Below are positions 9,427 to 18,774 of a stretch of 37,292 nucleotides of DNA, piece by piece. This DNA comes from Chromatiales bacterium. GTDB lineage: Bacteria; Pseudomonadota; Gammaproteobacteria; SZUA-140. How positions within the stretch are numbered: the first letter of the stretch is position 1; each line of letters opens with the position of its first letter. The notes under the pieces are model-generated. The model was not told the DNA's origin. It made no database searches and saw nothing but the letters and a program-made list of their open reading frames with translations. The DNA lies in assembly GCA_011053135.1 (NCBI GenBank), contig DRLG01000018.1:1-37292 (forward strand), in the 5' to 3' direction. The position numbers and the translations under genes are program-made.

Positions 9427-10800
9427 ATGCCCCAGCGACTGCTGATTACCCTACTGCTATGCGCCTTTATCGCGCCATTTAGTGGCGCCGCCAGTGCTGC
9501 GCTGCCGGCTCTCGATTCTCAGGGAGCGCCGCTCCCCTCCCTGGCTCCGATGATCGAGCGCGTCACCCCGGCCGTGGTCAATATCTCGACCCGTGGGCAG
9601 GAGAAGATCCAGGGGAACCCGCTACTGCAGGATCCGCTGTTTCGCCGTTTTTTTAACATCCCCCGGCAGCCGAGCCACCGCGATACGCAGAGCCTTGGCT
9701 CCGGTGTGATTGTCGATGCTGACAACGGTTACATTCTGACCAACAACCATGTGATCGCTAATGCGATCGAGATCACCGTTACCCTGCAGGATGGTCGGCG
9801 CCTCAACGCCACGCTGGTCGGCAACGACCCCGAGGCCGACGTAGCCGTGATTCAGGTTCCCAGTGAAGGTCTGACCGCTCTCAAACTGGCCGATTCTGAC
9901 CAGCTGCGTGTCGGTGATTTTGTGGTCGCGATCGGTAATCCGTTTGGCCTCGGCCAGACTGTCACCTCCGGCATCGTCAGCGCACTGGGGCGCAGCGGCC
10001 TGGGCATTGAGGGTTATGAAGATTTCATCCAGACCGACGCCTCTATCAACCCCGGCAATTCTGGCGGCGCGCTGGTCAATCTGCGCGGCGAACTGGTCGG
10101 TATTAACACTGCAATCCTCGCCCCCGGCGGCGGCAATATCGGCATCGGTTTTGCGATCCCGACCAACATGGGACAGCAGATCATGGCGCAGCTGGTCAAA
10201 TATGGCGAGGTTAAACGCGGCAAACTCGGCGTCTCGGCCCAGAATCTCACCCCTGAACTGGCCCACGCCTTTGGAATCGAGCGCACCACCGGCGCGGTGG
10301 TGGTACAGCTCGCGCCCGATTCGCCCGCTGCTGAGGCCGGCCTGCAGATTGGCGACGTCATCATCGCTGTCAACGGCAACGCCACCGATAACGCCTTTGA
10401 TATCCGCAACCAGCTTGGCCTGCTGCGTATTGGCGACAAGGTCAAACTCAAGGTGCTGAGAGGTAACAGAACACTCATCATCAAGACCAGAATTGCCGAC
10501 CCAGAACCCAATAAAATCAAGGGCAAACAACTAGATGCTCGACTAGAAGGAACAGTATTCAGCCGTATTGAGGCAAACTCACCCCTATATGGTGAGATCG
10601 ACGGTGTACTCGTCGTCGAGACCACGCCCAACAGCCCCGCATGGCGCGCCGGATTGCGAAAAGGTGATGTGATCGTCTCTGCCAATCGCTACGCCGTCAA
10701 TGATCTCAGCTCACTGGCTGAGGCGCTCAAGCAGTCACGCCGTGGCATTCTGTTCAATGTGGTGCGCGGCAGCTCGGCGCTCTTTATTCTGATCCAGTAA
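9427..10800 (+). CDS. degQ: Periplasmic serine endoprotease, Do/DegQ family (protease plus two PDZ domains)
   Basis: Signal peptide; catalytic triad motifs TNNHV, DVAV and GNSGG; two PDZ domains; RBS GGAG. DegQ versus DegP cannot be settled by eye. Confidence 0.88.
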   Translation: MPQRLLITLLLCAFIAPFSGAASAALPALDSQGAPLPSLAPMIERVTPAVVNISTRGQEKIQGNPLLQDPLFRRFFNIPRQPSHRDTQSLGSGVIVDADNGYILTNNHVIANAIEITVTLQDGRRLNATLVGNDPEADVAVIQVPSEGLTALKLADSDQLRVGDFVVAIGNPFGLGQTVTSGIVSALGRSGLGIEGYEDFIQTDASINPGNSGGALVNLRGELVGINTAILAPGGGNIGIGFAIPTNMGQQIMAQLVKYGEVKRGKLGVSAQNLTPELAHAFGIERTTGAVVVQLAPDSPAAEAGLQIGDVIIAVNGNATDNAFDIRNQLGLLRIGDKVKLKVLRGNRTLIIKTRIADPEPNKIKGKQLDARLEGTVFSRIEANSPLYGEIDGVLVVETTPNSPAWRAGLRKGDVIVSANRYAVNDLSSLAEALKQSRRGILFNVVRGSSALFILIQ

Positions 10801-10836
10801 GCGCAGCCGTAGCCCCTCCCCTCCATTTGGCGCGCG

Positions 10837-10845
10837 TGGTATAAT
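10837..10845 (+). promoter_or_regulatory. Extended -10 promoter element for cysDN
   Basis: TGGTATAAT is a perfect TGnTATAAT, located in the degQ-cysD spacer. Confidence 0.55.
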
Positions 10846-10973
10846 GCCGCCCGCTTCAGTGGAGGGGCTCTATGGCCCTCCGTGACAAAAATTAATTTAC
10901 GCAGATGTTGTCGAGAGGCTACTATTTAGCTTCCGACAAAACTGATAATTCAATCAATATGATCGATAAAACA

Positions 10974-11876
10974 ATGTCCCAACATAAGCTGACACAACTT
11001 CAAGAGCTGGAAAGCGAATCTATCCACATCATGCGCGAAGTCGTTGCCGAATTTCGTAATCCGGTGATGATGTACTCTGTCGGAAAAGATTCCAGCGTGA
11101 TGCTCCACCTGGCGCGCAAGGCGTTCTACCCAGGACCGCTGCCGTTCCCACTGCTGCATGTCGATACCGGCTACAAGTTCCAGGAGATGTATGAGTTCCG
11201 CGACTGGTATGTTAAGGAGGTTGGGGCGAAGCTGATCGTACATCGCAACGAGGATGCGATCAGTAAAGGGATGAATCCTAACGAGTTTGGGGTTGCGCGC
11301 TGCTGTGGTGCGCTCAAGACCGGCGCACTGCTCGAAGCCCTTGAGAGGGGCGGTTATGATGCCGCCTTCGGTGGCGCGCGTCGCGACGAAGAGCGCTCAC
11401 GCGCCAAAGAGCGTGTCTACTCAATGCGCGATAGCTTTGGTCAGTGGGACCCCAAAAATCAGCGCCCTGAACTGTGGAGCCTGTATAACGGACGCATCCA
11501 CGATGGCGAATCGGTACGCGCCTTCCCCATCTCAAACTGGACCGAGATGGATGTGTGGCAGTACATCAAAGAAGAGAACATTCCCATCGTTCCGCTCTAC
11601 TACGCCAAAGAGCGCCTGATGGTGGAGCGTGGCAACCACCTGATCCCCGCTGAAAACAGCCAGTTCCTGCTCGAAGGTGAAGAGCCGAAGCGGGTGATGT
11701 CGCGCTTCCGTACCCTCGGCTGCATGCCCTGCACCGGCGCGGTACGCTCCAGCGCGACCACCATCGAAGAGATCATCGAAGAGGCGAGCATCGCCACCCG
11801 CAGCGAACGTGAAACTCGCATCATTGACCATGGCTCCAACAGCATGGAAGACAAAAAGAAGGAAGGTTATTTCTAA
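10974..11876 (+). CDS. cysD: Sulfate adenylyltransferase subunit 2
   Basis: [43 protein letters not shown] and C-terminal [11 protein letters not shown]. Start at 10974 (10959 is an alternative). Confidence 0.95.
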   Translation: MSQHKLTQLQELESESIHIMREVVAEFRNPVMMYSVGKDSSVMLHLARKAFYPGPLPFPLLHVDTGYKFQEMYEFRDWYVKEVGAKLIVHRNEDAISKGMNPNEFGVARCCGALKTGALLEALERGGYDAAFGGARRDEERSRAKERVYSMRDSFGQWDPKNQRPELWSLYNGRIHDGESVRAFPISNWTEMDVWQYIKEENIPIVPLYYAKERLMVERGNHLIPAENSQFLLEGEEPKRVMSRFRTLGCMPCTGAVRSSATTIEEIIEEASIATRSERETRIIDHGSNSMEDKKKEGYF

Positions 11877-13136
11877 ATGTCTATCGCAAAACAGGATATC
11901 GAACTATTACGCCTTGTTACCGTCGGCAGTGTCGATGATGGCAAATCCACCCTGATGGGCCGCCTGCTGTATGACACCAAAGGGGCGTTTGAAGATCAGC
12001 TCCAGGCGGTGCGTAAAGATGAGGGTGAAGGTGCCGACGGTATCGACCTGGCACAGCTTACCGACGGCCTCGCCGCCGAGCGCGAGCAGGGAATTACCAT
12101 CGATGTCGCCTACCGCTACTTCGCCACCCCCAGGCGCAAATTTATTATGGCGGACTGCCCGGGGCACGAGCAGTACACCCGCAACATGGTGACCGGCGCC
12201 AGCACCGCCAACGCCGCGGTCATCCTGATCGATGCGCGCAAGGGCGTGCTGCAGCAGACCCGCCGCCACACCCATATTATTAGCCTGCTGGGGCTGCCGC
12301 ACCTGATTGTCGCCATCAATAAAATGGATCTAATCGACTACGACGAAGCGACATTCCTGCAGATCAAAGAGGAGCTAAGCGAGTTTTGTGCGCGCCAGAA
12401 TATTCACGACCTGATCTGCATCCCCGTTTCAGCACTGGCTGGCGACATGGTGGTGGAGCGCGGTAACAACATGCCGTGGTACGAAGGGAAGACCGTTCTG
12501 GAAACTCTGGAAACCATCGATGTTAGCGGCCACCTCGATGAAAATGAGTTCCGATTTCCAGTGCAGTATGTCAGCCGTCCGCAGACGAAAGAGCTGCCCG
12601 ATTTTCGCGGCTTCATGGGGCGCATCGCCTCAGGCACTGTTAAACCGGGCGACGAGATCATGCAGCTACCGGCCGGTAAACGGTCGAAGATTAAAGAGAT
12701 CATCACCTTTGATGGCAACCTTGATGAAGCCTTCGCTCCGCAGAGCGTCACCCTCACCCTGGAAGATGAGATCGACATCTCACGCGGCGATATTATCGTG
12801 CACGCCGACAAGCCGCCCCACACCGCAAAGGAACTCGAAGCGATTGTCTGCTGGATGGGTGAAGAGCCACTTTCACCACACAAAAAATATCTCATCAAAC
12901 ACACCACCAATACAGTGAAGGCGATGGTCAGCGATATCCAGTATCGCACCGACATCAACGAGCTAACCCAGGATGAGTCCGCTAATGAGCTGGCGATGAA
13001 TGAGATCGGCAAAGTGTCATTAAAGCTGATGAAGCCGCTTACCTTTGATCGATTCGAAGATAACCGCGCCACCGGTAACTTCATCATCATCGACAGCTTT
13101 ACCAACAACACCGTTGGGGCCGCGATGATCTGCTAA
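11877..13136 (+). CDS. cysN: Sulfate adenylyltransferase subunit 1 (GTPase, no fused APS kinase)
   Basis: GSVDDGKST, EREQGITIDVAYRYF, DCPGHEQYTRNM and NKMD; ends at TVGAAMI with no CysC domain; ATG abuts the cysD stop. Confidence 0.95.
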   Translation: MSIAKQDIELLRLVTVGSVDDGKSTLMGRLLYDTKGAFEDQLQAVRKDEGEGADGIDLAQLTDGLAAEREQGITIDVAYRYFATPRRKFIMADCPGHEQYTRNMVTGASTANAAVILIDARKGVLQQTRRHTHIISLLGLPHLIVAINKMDLIDYDEATFLQIKEELSEFCARQNIHDLICIPVSALAGDMVVERGNNMPWYEGKTVLETLETIDVSGHLDENEFRFPVQYVSRPQTKELPDFRGFMGRIASGTVKPGDEIMQLPAGKRSKIKEIITFDGNLDEAFAPQSVTLTLEDEIDISRGDIIVHADKPPHTAKELEAIVCWMGEEPLSPHKKYLIKHTTNTVKAMVSDIQYRTDINELTQDESANELAMNEIGKVSLKLMKPLTFDRFEDNRATGNFIIIDSFTNNTVGAAMIC

Positions 13137-13271
13137 GTGCAGCATTACAATGTCGCTAATGCTCCCGATATTGATTCCATATCAACTGGATATGAATGGT
13201 GGATGAACCTCTCCACTTGTTTTGTGGTTAACTTACAGTTAGCCTTGTAACTATCCACAAAAATCAAGCGG

Positions 13272-14138
13272 TTGACATTGCAGACTCAAAACACAGTTAG
13301 ATTTGCCGTCGTACTTTTACTGGCGGCACTCATTAGCGGATGCGCCTCCGGTGTGGTACGCAACATGGCAGAGAGCCTTTCGCAGGGCATTGCCAATCAG
13401 AATGACCTCGCTACCGTGCGCGCTGGTGTCCCGGCTTATCTGCTACTGATCGACGGCTCGATCCTTGACGACCCGAACAACCAGGAATTGCTACTCGCCG
13501 GCGCACGTCTCTATAGCAGCTACGCCGGCATCTTTGTCGAAGAGCCGGCAAGAGCAGCCCGCCTCTCAACCAAAGCGCTCGATTATGGGCGGCGTGCGCT
13601 CTGCCACTCATACCCCACTATCTGTGATTACGACAAAGGCGCTTTTGACAGTTTTGCACAGCAGATCACCCAACTCAAAGCAGATGAGTTGCCGCTGCTA
13701 TACGGTTATGCGACGGCCTGGGTCGGCTGGATTCAGGCTCACAGCAGCGACTTTAGCGCCATCGCCGACCTCCCTAAGGTCGAGCTTCTCTTTGAACAGA
13801 TCATCAAACTTGATCCGCGCTACGAACGCGGCCAGGCGCAGCTCTACCTCGGCGTACTGCGCACATTGCGCCCCCCCGCCCTTGGCGGAAACCCCGAAAT
13901 CGGGCGTCAACACTTTGAGCTGGCGATCGAATATTCAGATGGGCGCAACCTCTACGCCAAAGTGGAATTTGCACGCCGCTATGCCAGATTAATCTTTGAC
14001 CAGCAACTGCACGATAAGCTACTGAATGAGGTGCTCGACGCCAGCCCGGAAGAGCGCGACCTCACCCTTATCAACACACTGGCACAGCAGCAGGCAGGTC
14101 AACTACTGGACAGCTCTGCCGCCTACTTTGAGGAGTGA
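13272..14138 (+). CDS. TRAP transporter T-component (TatT) lipoprotein
   Basis: Lipobox LISGC; TPR-like helices; motifs G.PAYLL..D and PPALGG.PE.G..HFE.A; first gene of a P-Q-M TRAP operon. TTG start is uncertain. Confidence 0.85.
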   Translation: MTLQTQNTVRFAVVLLLAALISGCASGVVRNMAESLSQGIANQNDLATVRAGVPAYLLLIDGSILDDPNNQELLLAGARLYSSYAGIFVEEPARAARLSTKALDYGRRALCHSYPTICDYDKGAFDSFAQQITQLKADELPLLYGYATAWVGWIQAHSSDFSAIADLPKVELLFEQIIKLDPRYERGQAQLYLGVLRTLRPPALGGNPEIGRQHFELAIEYSDGRNLYAKVEFARRYARLIFDQQLHDKLLNEVLDASPEERDLTLINTLAQQQAGQLLDSSAAYFEE

Positions 14139-14142
14139 ACAG

Positions 14143-15162
14143 ATGCGACGTTTATTGATGATTGGTACCCTGCTCGCCGCAGCCATAGCACTGCCCGCAC
14201 AGGCACTGACATTCAAGATCGCCACCATCGCTCCCGATGGCACCGCGTGGATGGATGAGATGCGAAAAGGTGCCGATGAAATCAAGCAGCGCACCAACGG
14301 GCGGGTAAAATTTCGCTTCTTCCCCGGTGGCATCATGGGCAACGATAAAAGTGTGCTGCGCAAAATCCGTATTGGCCAGCTCCATGGCGGCGCCATCGTC
14401 AGTGGCGGCCTAACTGCGATCTATCCCGACATCGGCATCTACAGCCTGCCCTTCACCTTCCGCAACGAGGCAGAAGTTGACTACGTACGCCAGAAGATGG
14501 ACCCGATACTAATCGATGGTCTAAAGCAGAACGGCTTTGTCAGTTTTGGTCTCGCCGAAGGGGGCTTTGCTTACCTGATGTCGAACCACCCAATCAGAGT
14601 CATCGATGACTTCAAAGGGCAAAAGGTGTGGGTGCCACAGAACGATGATGTCAGCCGCGCTGCGTTTGAGTCGATCGGTATCTCACCCATTTCACTGGCG
14701 CTTTCAGATGTGCTCACCGGTCTGCAGACCGGCCTGATCGACACCATCGCCGGCTCAGCCAGCGGTGCGATTGCACTCCAATGGCACACCCGTGTGAAAT
14801 ACCTGATGGATGAGCCGCTCTCATACCTTTACGCTTCGATGGTGATCAGCCAGAAAAGATTCAAACGCATCTCAGCTGCAGACCAGGCAGTCGTTGCCGA
14901 AGTGATGGGTGCCACCTTTAAACGGCTCAATAAAATCAACCGCGAAGATGATGCCAGCGCCCGTATTGCACTGCAAAAACAGGGCATCACCTTCGTTCAA
15001 CTCTCACCGCAACTCACCGGCCAGTGGTTTGATATCCGCAAAAATGTAGAACAGAGCATGACGCAGAAAGGGGTGCTATCGAAAGAGATTGTGACCATGC
15101 TGCAAAAACACCTCGATGACTATCGCGCCTCATCCGTTACCACACAAAACACCCTTAATTAA
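14143..15162 (+). CDS. dctP: TRAP transporter substrate-binding protein (DctP family, TPAT P component)
   Basis: Signal peptide, KIATIAPDGTAW, FPGGIMG, LQTGLID; RBS GAGGAG precedes ATG 14143. Confidence 0.9.
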   Translation: MRRLLMIGTLLAAAIALPAQALTFKIATIAPDGTAWMDEMRKGADEIKQRTNGRVKFRFFPGGIMGNDKSVLRKIRIGQLHGGAIVSGGLTAIYPDIGIYSLPFTFRNEAEVDYVRQKMDPILIDGLKQNGFVSFGLAEGGFAYLMSNHPIRVIDDFKGQKVWVPQNDDVSRAAFESIGISPISLALSDVLTGLQTGLIDTIAGSASGAIALQWHTRVKYLMDEPLSYLYASMVISQKRFKRISAADQAVVAEVMGATFKRLNKINREDDASARIALQKQGITFVQLSPQLTGQWFDIRKNVEQSMTQKGVLSKEIVTMLQKHLDDYRASSVTTQNTLN

Positions 15163-15193
15163 TCGTTACCAACCTAACACTATCGCACAGGGA

Positions 15194-15745
15194 ATGTCGC
15201 AAATCACTCCAGCTCAGGGACGTAATGGCAATCCGTTGCAACTCGTCAATCGAATCATCACCTTTGTAGAAAACTGTCTGCTCGCGCTCTCACTGTTTGT
15301 GATGATTGCGCTCGCCAGCACACAGATAATTATGCGTAACTTCTGGGATAGCGGCCTTTCATGGGGTGACCCATCTCTCAGCATCCTGGTGCTGTGGGTT
15401 GGAATGCTCGGCGCGATGGTGGCAACCCGCGAACAGAACCATATTAACATCGACATATTATCGCGCTTTTTACCGCCACGCCTCAAAGGTATTAACCAGA
15501 TTCTCCTCGATCTATTTACCGCCATTATCAGCGGCCTGCTCGCATACCATAGCTACCGTTTTGTGGTCATGGAGTTCGAAGATGGTACGGTTGCTTTTGC
15601 ATCTGTGCCTGCATGGTTGTGCGAAGCGATCATCCCGTTTGGCTTTGGTCTGATCGCACTGCGCTGCGGCTTCACTTCTCTTGCGCAGTGCATTGCACTC
15701 ATCCGAAAAACACCACCTCCAGACGGTGGTGATACGCAATGTTAG
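15194..15745 (+). CDS. dctQ: TRAP transporter small permease
   Basis: Four TM segments, Q...RN and HINIDIL motifs; start set at ATG 15194. Confidence 0.85.
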   Translation: MSQITPAQGRNGNPLQLVNRIITFVENCLLALSLFVMIALASTQIIMRNFWDSGLSWGDPSLSILVLWVGMLGAMVATREQNHINIDILSRFLPPRLKGINQILLDLFTAIISGLLAYHSYRFVVMEFEDGTVAFASVPAWLCEAIIPFGFGLIALRCGFTSLAQCIALIRKTPPPDGGDTQC

Positions 15746-17013
15746 TCACGCTGCTACTCATCATCCTCGCGCTGCTCGGCGCTCCGCTATTTGCTGTGAT
15801 TGCAGCGGGAGCGATGTGGGGCTTCTACCAGGCTGAGATCGATCTCGCCGTCATGGCGATCGAATTTTTTCGCCTCGCAGAGATGCCGATGCTGGTCTCG
15901 ATTCCACTATTTACCTTTGCCGGTTATCTGCTCAGCGAGAGTCAGGCGCCAGCAAGACTGGTGCGACTCAGCAACGCACTACTGGGCTGGTTACCCGGTG
16001 GACTGGCGATCGTCGCCCTGTTCGCCTGCGCCTTTTTTACCGCCTTCACCGGCGCATCCGGTGTGACCATCGTGGCACTGGGTGCACTGCTTTTCCCTGC
16101 ACTAATGAAGGCGGGTTACAGAGAAAATTTTAATCTTGGGCTGATCACCACCTCTGGTAGCCTTGGGCTACTCTTTGCACCATCACTACCATTGATTCTT
16201 TATGCAGTGATCGTGCAGCAGATGGGCATTGGTGCACCACTCACTATTGATGAACTCTTCCTCGCCGGTATTTTGCCGGGCATGTTGATGCTACTAATGC
16301 TCTCCGGCTGGGCTATGCTACAAAATCGCAACCTGCCGACGCACACCATGGAGTGGGGAGAGGTGGTCAGCGCACTCAAAGGGTCACGCTGGGAGATACC
16401 GCTACCGTTTATCGTGCTCGGTGGTATTTATAGCGGCTTTTTTGCCGTTTCTGAAGCCGCGGCTGTCACGGCACTCTATGTGTTGATCGTTGAAGTCTTA
16501 ATCTACCGAGAGATACCTCTCAGAAAACTGCCGCAGATCATGCGCAGCTCTATGGTGCTGGTTGGTGCACTGCTGATTATTCTTGGCCTGTCACTCGCCT
16601 CAACCAACTATATGATCGATGCCGACATCCCCACCCGGATGTTCGAGTTCATCAAAGAGCATATTGATAGCCCGCTGATGTTTCTGATCCTGCTGAATAT
16701 CTTTTTATTGCTCCTCGGCGCAATGCTCGACATCTTCTCCGCACTGATTTTAATCATCCCGCTACTCCTGCCCATCGCACTCGGCTACGGCATCGACCCG
16801 GTACATCTCGGTATCATCTTCCTTGCCAACATGCAGCTTGGCTATTTCACGCCACCAGTAGGGTTAAATCTTTTCATTGCCAGCTATCGCTTCAAAAAAC
16901 CGGTGATGCAGCTCTATAAAGCGACACTTCCTTTCTTTTTTATCCTGCTGCTGGCGGTGTTAATCATCACCTATGTACCAATGCTTTCGCTCTATCTTCC
17001 AGGAAGAGAGTAG
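15739..17013 (+). CDS. dctM: TRAP transporter large permease
   Basis: Many TM segments; IPLFTFAG, GSLGLLFAPS, GIDPVHLG and TPPVGLNLF motifs. Confidence 0.93.
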   Translation: MLVTLLLIILALLGAPLFAVIAAGAMWGFYQAEIDLAVMAIEFFRLAEMPMLVSIPLFTFAGYLLSESQAPARLVRLSNALLGWLPGGLAIVALFACAFFTAFTGASGVTIVALGALLFPALMKAGYRENFNLGLITTSGSLGLLFAPSLPLILYAVIVQQMGIGAPLTIDELFLAGILPGMLMLLMLSGWAMLQNRNLPTHTMEWGEVVSALKGSRWEIPLPFIVLGGIYSGFFAVSEAAAVTALYVLIVEVLIYREIPLRKLPQIMRSSMVLVGALLIILGLSLASTNYMIDADIPTRMFEFIKEHIDSPLMFLILLNIFLLLLGAMLDIFSALILIIPLLLPIALGYGIDPVHLGIIFLANMQLGYFTPPVGLNLFIASYRFKKPVMQLYKATLPFFFILLLAVLIITYVPMLSLYLPGRE

Positions 17014-17098
17014 CCATCAGGAGCTGTTAACACCGATCTCACCTTTGTGTTTATAATACCCCGCTCAACATCTTTCATTGTCTGGAATTACACTAAAT

Positions 17099-17509
17099 AT
17101 GAGCGGAATGTCATCAATCAAAAAACGCTGGGCGCAGTGGTCATCGATCTTACTGGTTCTCCTTGGGATGGGGTTTGGCATCTCGATGTTACCAACGGGG
17201 TATAGTGAAGATCTCTCTGTGATCGGTAGCGGTAAAAATGTTGCCGTTCTGGTACACAACAAGGAGGGGGTGCGTAGCCTTATTTCGATGGGGCAGGTTG
17301 ATGATATTCGGGGGCACTATAAAGACCGTATTGAGTTCCGTATCGCGGAAAGTGGCACCCCCACAGGGGCCGAGTTTGCAAAAATAAACAGGGCACATGA
17401 GGGCACCCTGGTACTATTTAAAGGGGATGGCACCATCGCTGGAAAACTAAGCGATCTGGAGAGCAGTGCAGACCTTACAAAAAGGTTAGATCAGGCCTTT
17501 GGTTATTAA
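17099..17509 (+). CDS. Hypothetical membrane-anchored protein, possibly a thioredoxin-like fold without CxxC
   Basis: N-terminal TM helix followed by an alpha/beta region ending ...TLVLFKGDG...; no cysteines; TATAAT at about 17052. Start uncertain (17078, 17099 or 17108). Confidence 0.6.
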   Translation: MSGMSSIKKRWAQWSSILLVLLGMGFGISMLPTGYSEDLSVIGSGKNVAVLVHNKEGVRSLISMGQVDDIRGHYKDRIEFRIAESGTPTGAEFAKINRAHEGTLVLFKGDGTIAGKLSDLESSADLTKRLDQAFGY

Positions 17510-17521
17510 GGGCTGTTAGCC

Positions 17522-17884
17522 TTAACCCAACACCTTTTTCACTGCGCCCAGCAGGCGCTCCGGGGTGAAAGGTTTCTGCAACCAGCCCGTTGCCCCAAAT
17601 GAGCGCGCCTTATCTTTCTTGAAATCACTCCCTTCCGTTGTCACCATAATGATGGGAGTGAACTTGTAGTTATCCAGCGAGCGCAGCCGCGTGACCAGGC
17701 TTATGCCACTCATATTCGGCATATTGACATCAGACAGCACCAGATCAACACTCTCCTTGCGCGCCACTTTCATCGCATCAGCACCATCAACTGCAGTCAG
17801 AACCTCATACCCCTCGCCAGTTAATATCCCTTTGACCAGATTGCGCATCGCCATAGAGTCATCTACTGCTAAAATTCGGGCCAT
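17522..17884 (-). CDS. cheY: Single-domain response regulator, CheY-like
   Basis: VDDS, DLVLSDVNMP, MVTTE and GWLQKPF receiver residues all intact; RBS AAGGAG. Confidence 0.85.
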   Translation of the reverse strand: MARILAVDDSMAMRNLVKGILTGEGYEVLTAVDGADAMKVARKESVDLVLSDVNMPNMSGISLVTRLRSLDNYKFTPIIMVTTEGSDFKKDKARSFGATGWLQKPFTPERLLGAVKKVLG

Positions 17885-18037
17885 TTTCCATCTCCTTATT
17901 GACTGTCCTCAGGCTCACCATAAAATCACTACCGCAGAGCCACCGCTAAGCTATATCGGCCTTTTGATACAATTCGCCACTATTTATCAGTGCCCCTTCT
18001 CACTAAGCAGAACAACCCTTGCGCTATTCACCTGGCA

Positions 18038-18256
18038 TTAAAAGGGTATATTTGCTTGCCGGTTATCGGCCTCTGCTTTACGTTCTTTACAGCGCTCTAA
18101 TATCGCCCTTTTCTCTTTGGTCGTAGCGGCACTCCAGCCGGTAATTTCATCTACCGAACGGAAACAGCCTGTGCAGATATCATCCTGATCCAGACAACAG
18201 CAGCGCAGGCAGGGAGACTCAATGGCTGTGTTACTCTCAAACACACCGTCACTCAT
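18038..18256 (-). CDS. DUF1289 family small Cys-rich protein
   Basis: SPC...C......C.GC.R...EI..W signature. Confidence 0.85.
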   Translation of the reverse strand: MSDGVFESNTAIESPCLRCCCLDQDDICTGCFRSVDEITGWSAATTKEKRAILERCKERKAEADNRQANIPF

Positions 18257-18281
18257 CAGTTATCCCCCTGACAAGCGCTTA

Positions 18282-18734
18282 TCATTTAAAAACCACATCT
18301 TTGTCTTTTACTGAAAACGCCAGCCCAGCGACATTTTCAACGTCACGCTTAAATTTAGGTAGCGTGACACACCCACTCCAACGAGCGTTGGGTGCCAGGA
18401 TTTTATCCTGAGAATAGATCTGATAACCCGGTGCGGCAAGGTCATCACTAAACCCGGTTTGATGCGCCGAGATATTCCATTCCACCATGGTGATGGTTTT
18501 ATCACTGGCGTTATTGATCGTTATTTTAAGTGGAGATGACTCATCACAGTATGAAAGCGAATAGTTGACTGAGATACTCACCGCTTCACTCGCCTTTTTA
18601 TTCGACCACTCCTGATAGTAGAAAAAGCCGCCGATAGCACTAGCAATCACGACTAAGAGCCCCAGAGCGCCAAATATCTTTTTGGGGAAGAAAATAAACG
18701 GCAATAAGAGCAGTACAATAACGATCCATTTCAT
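18282..18734 (-). CDS. Hypothetical membrane protein with a periplasmic beta-rich domain
   Basis: Two N-terminal hydrophobic segments, then an Ig-like strand pattern (PLKITINN) with two Cys. Confidence 0.7.
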   Translation of the reverse strand: MKWIVIVLLLLPFIFFPKKIFGALGLLVVIASAIGGFFYYQEWSNKKASEAVSISVNYSLSYCDESSPLKITINNASDKTITMVEWNISAHQTGFSDDLAAPGYQIYSQDKILAPNARWSGCVTLPKFKRDVENVAGLAFSVKDKDVVFK

Positions 18735-18774
18735 GCCGGAATTTCTATTTTAGATACCTCAACATTCCCCATCC

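Noticed and set aside
9622-10685. Long antisense ORFs (302 and 223 aa) opposite degQ, and similar ones opposite nrdJa, cysN, corC, phoH, slt and gspE
   Set aside because: Shadow frames of well-conserved genes with biased codon usage; no motifs or RBS.
10811-10880. Alternative pairings of GGAGGGGCT with AGCCCCTCC or CCCTCC upstream of cysD, as a possible riboswitch
   Set aside because: Short helices with no known aptamer motif; the upstream arm lies before the likely promoter.
17019-17040. AGGAGCTGTTAACACC after dctM, reminiscent of an IS/MITE end
   Set aside because: No matching second end or target duplication in the window.
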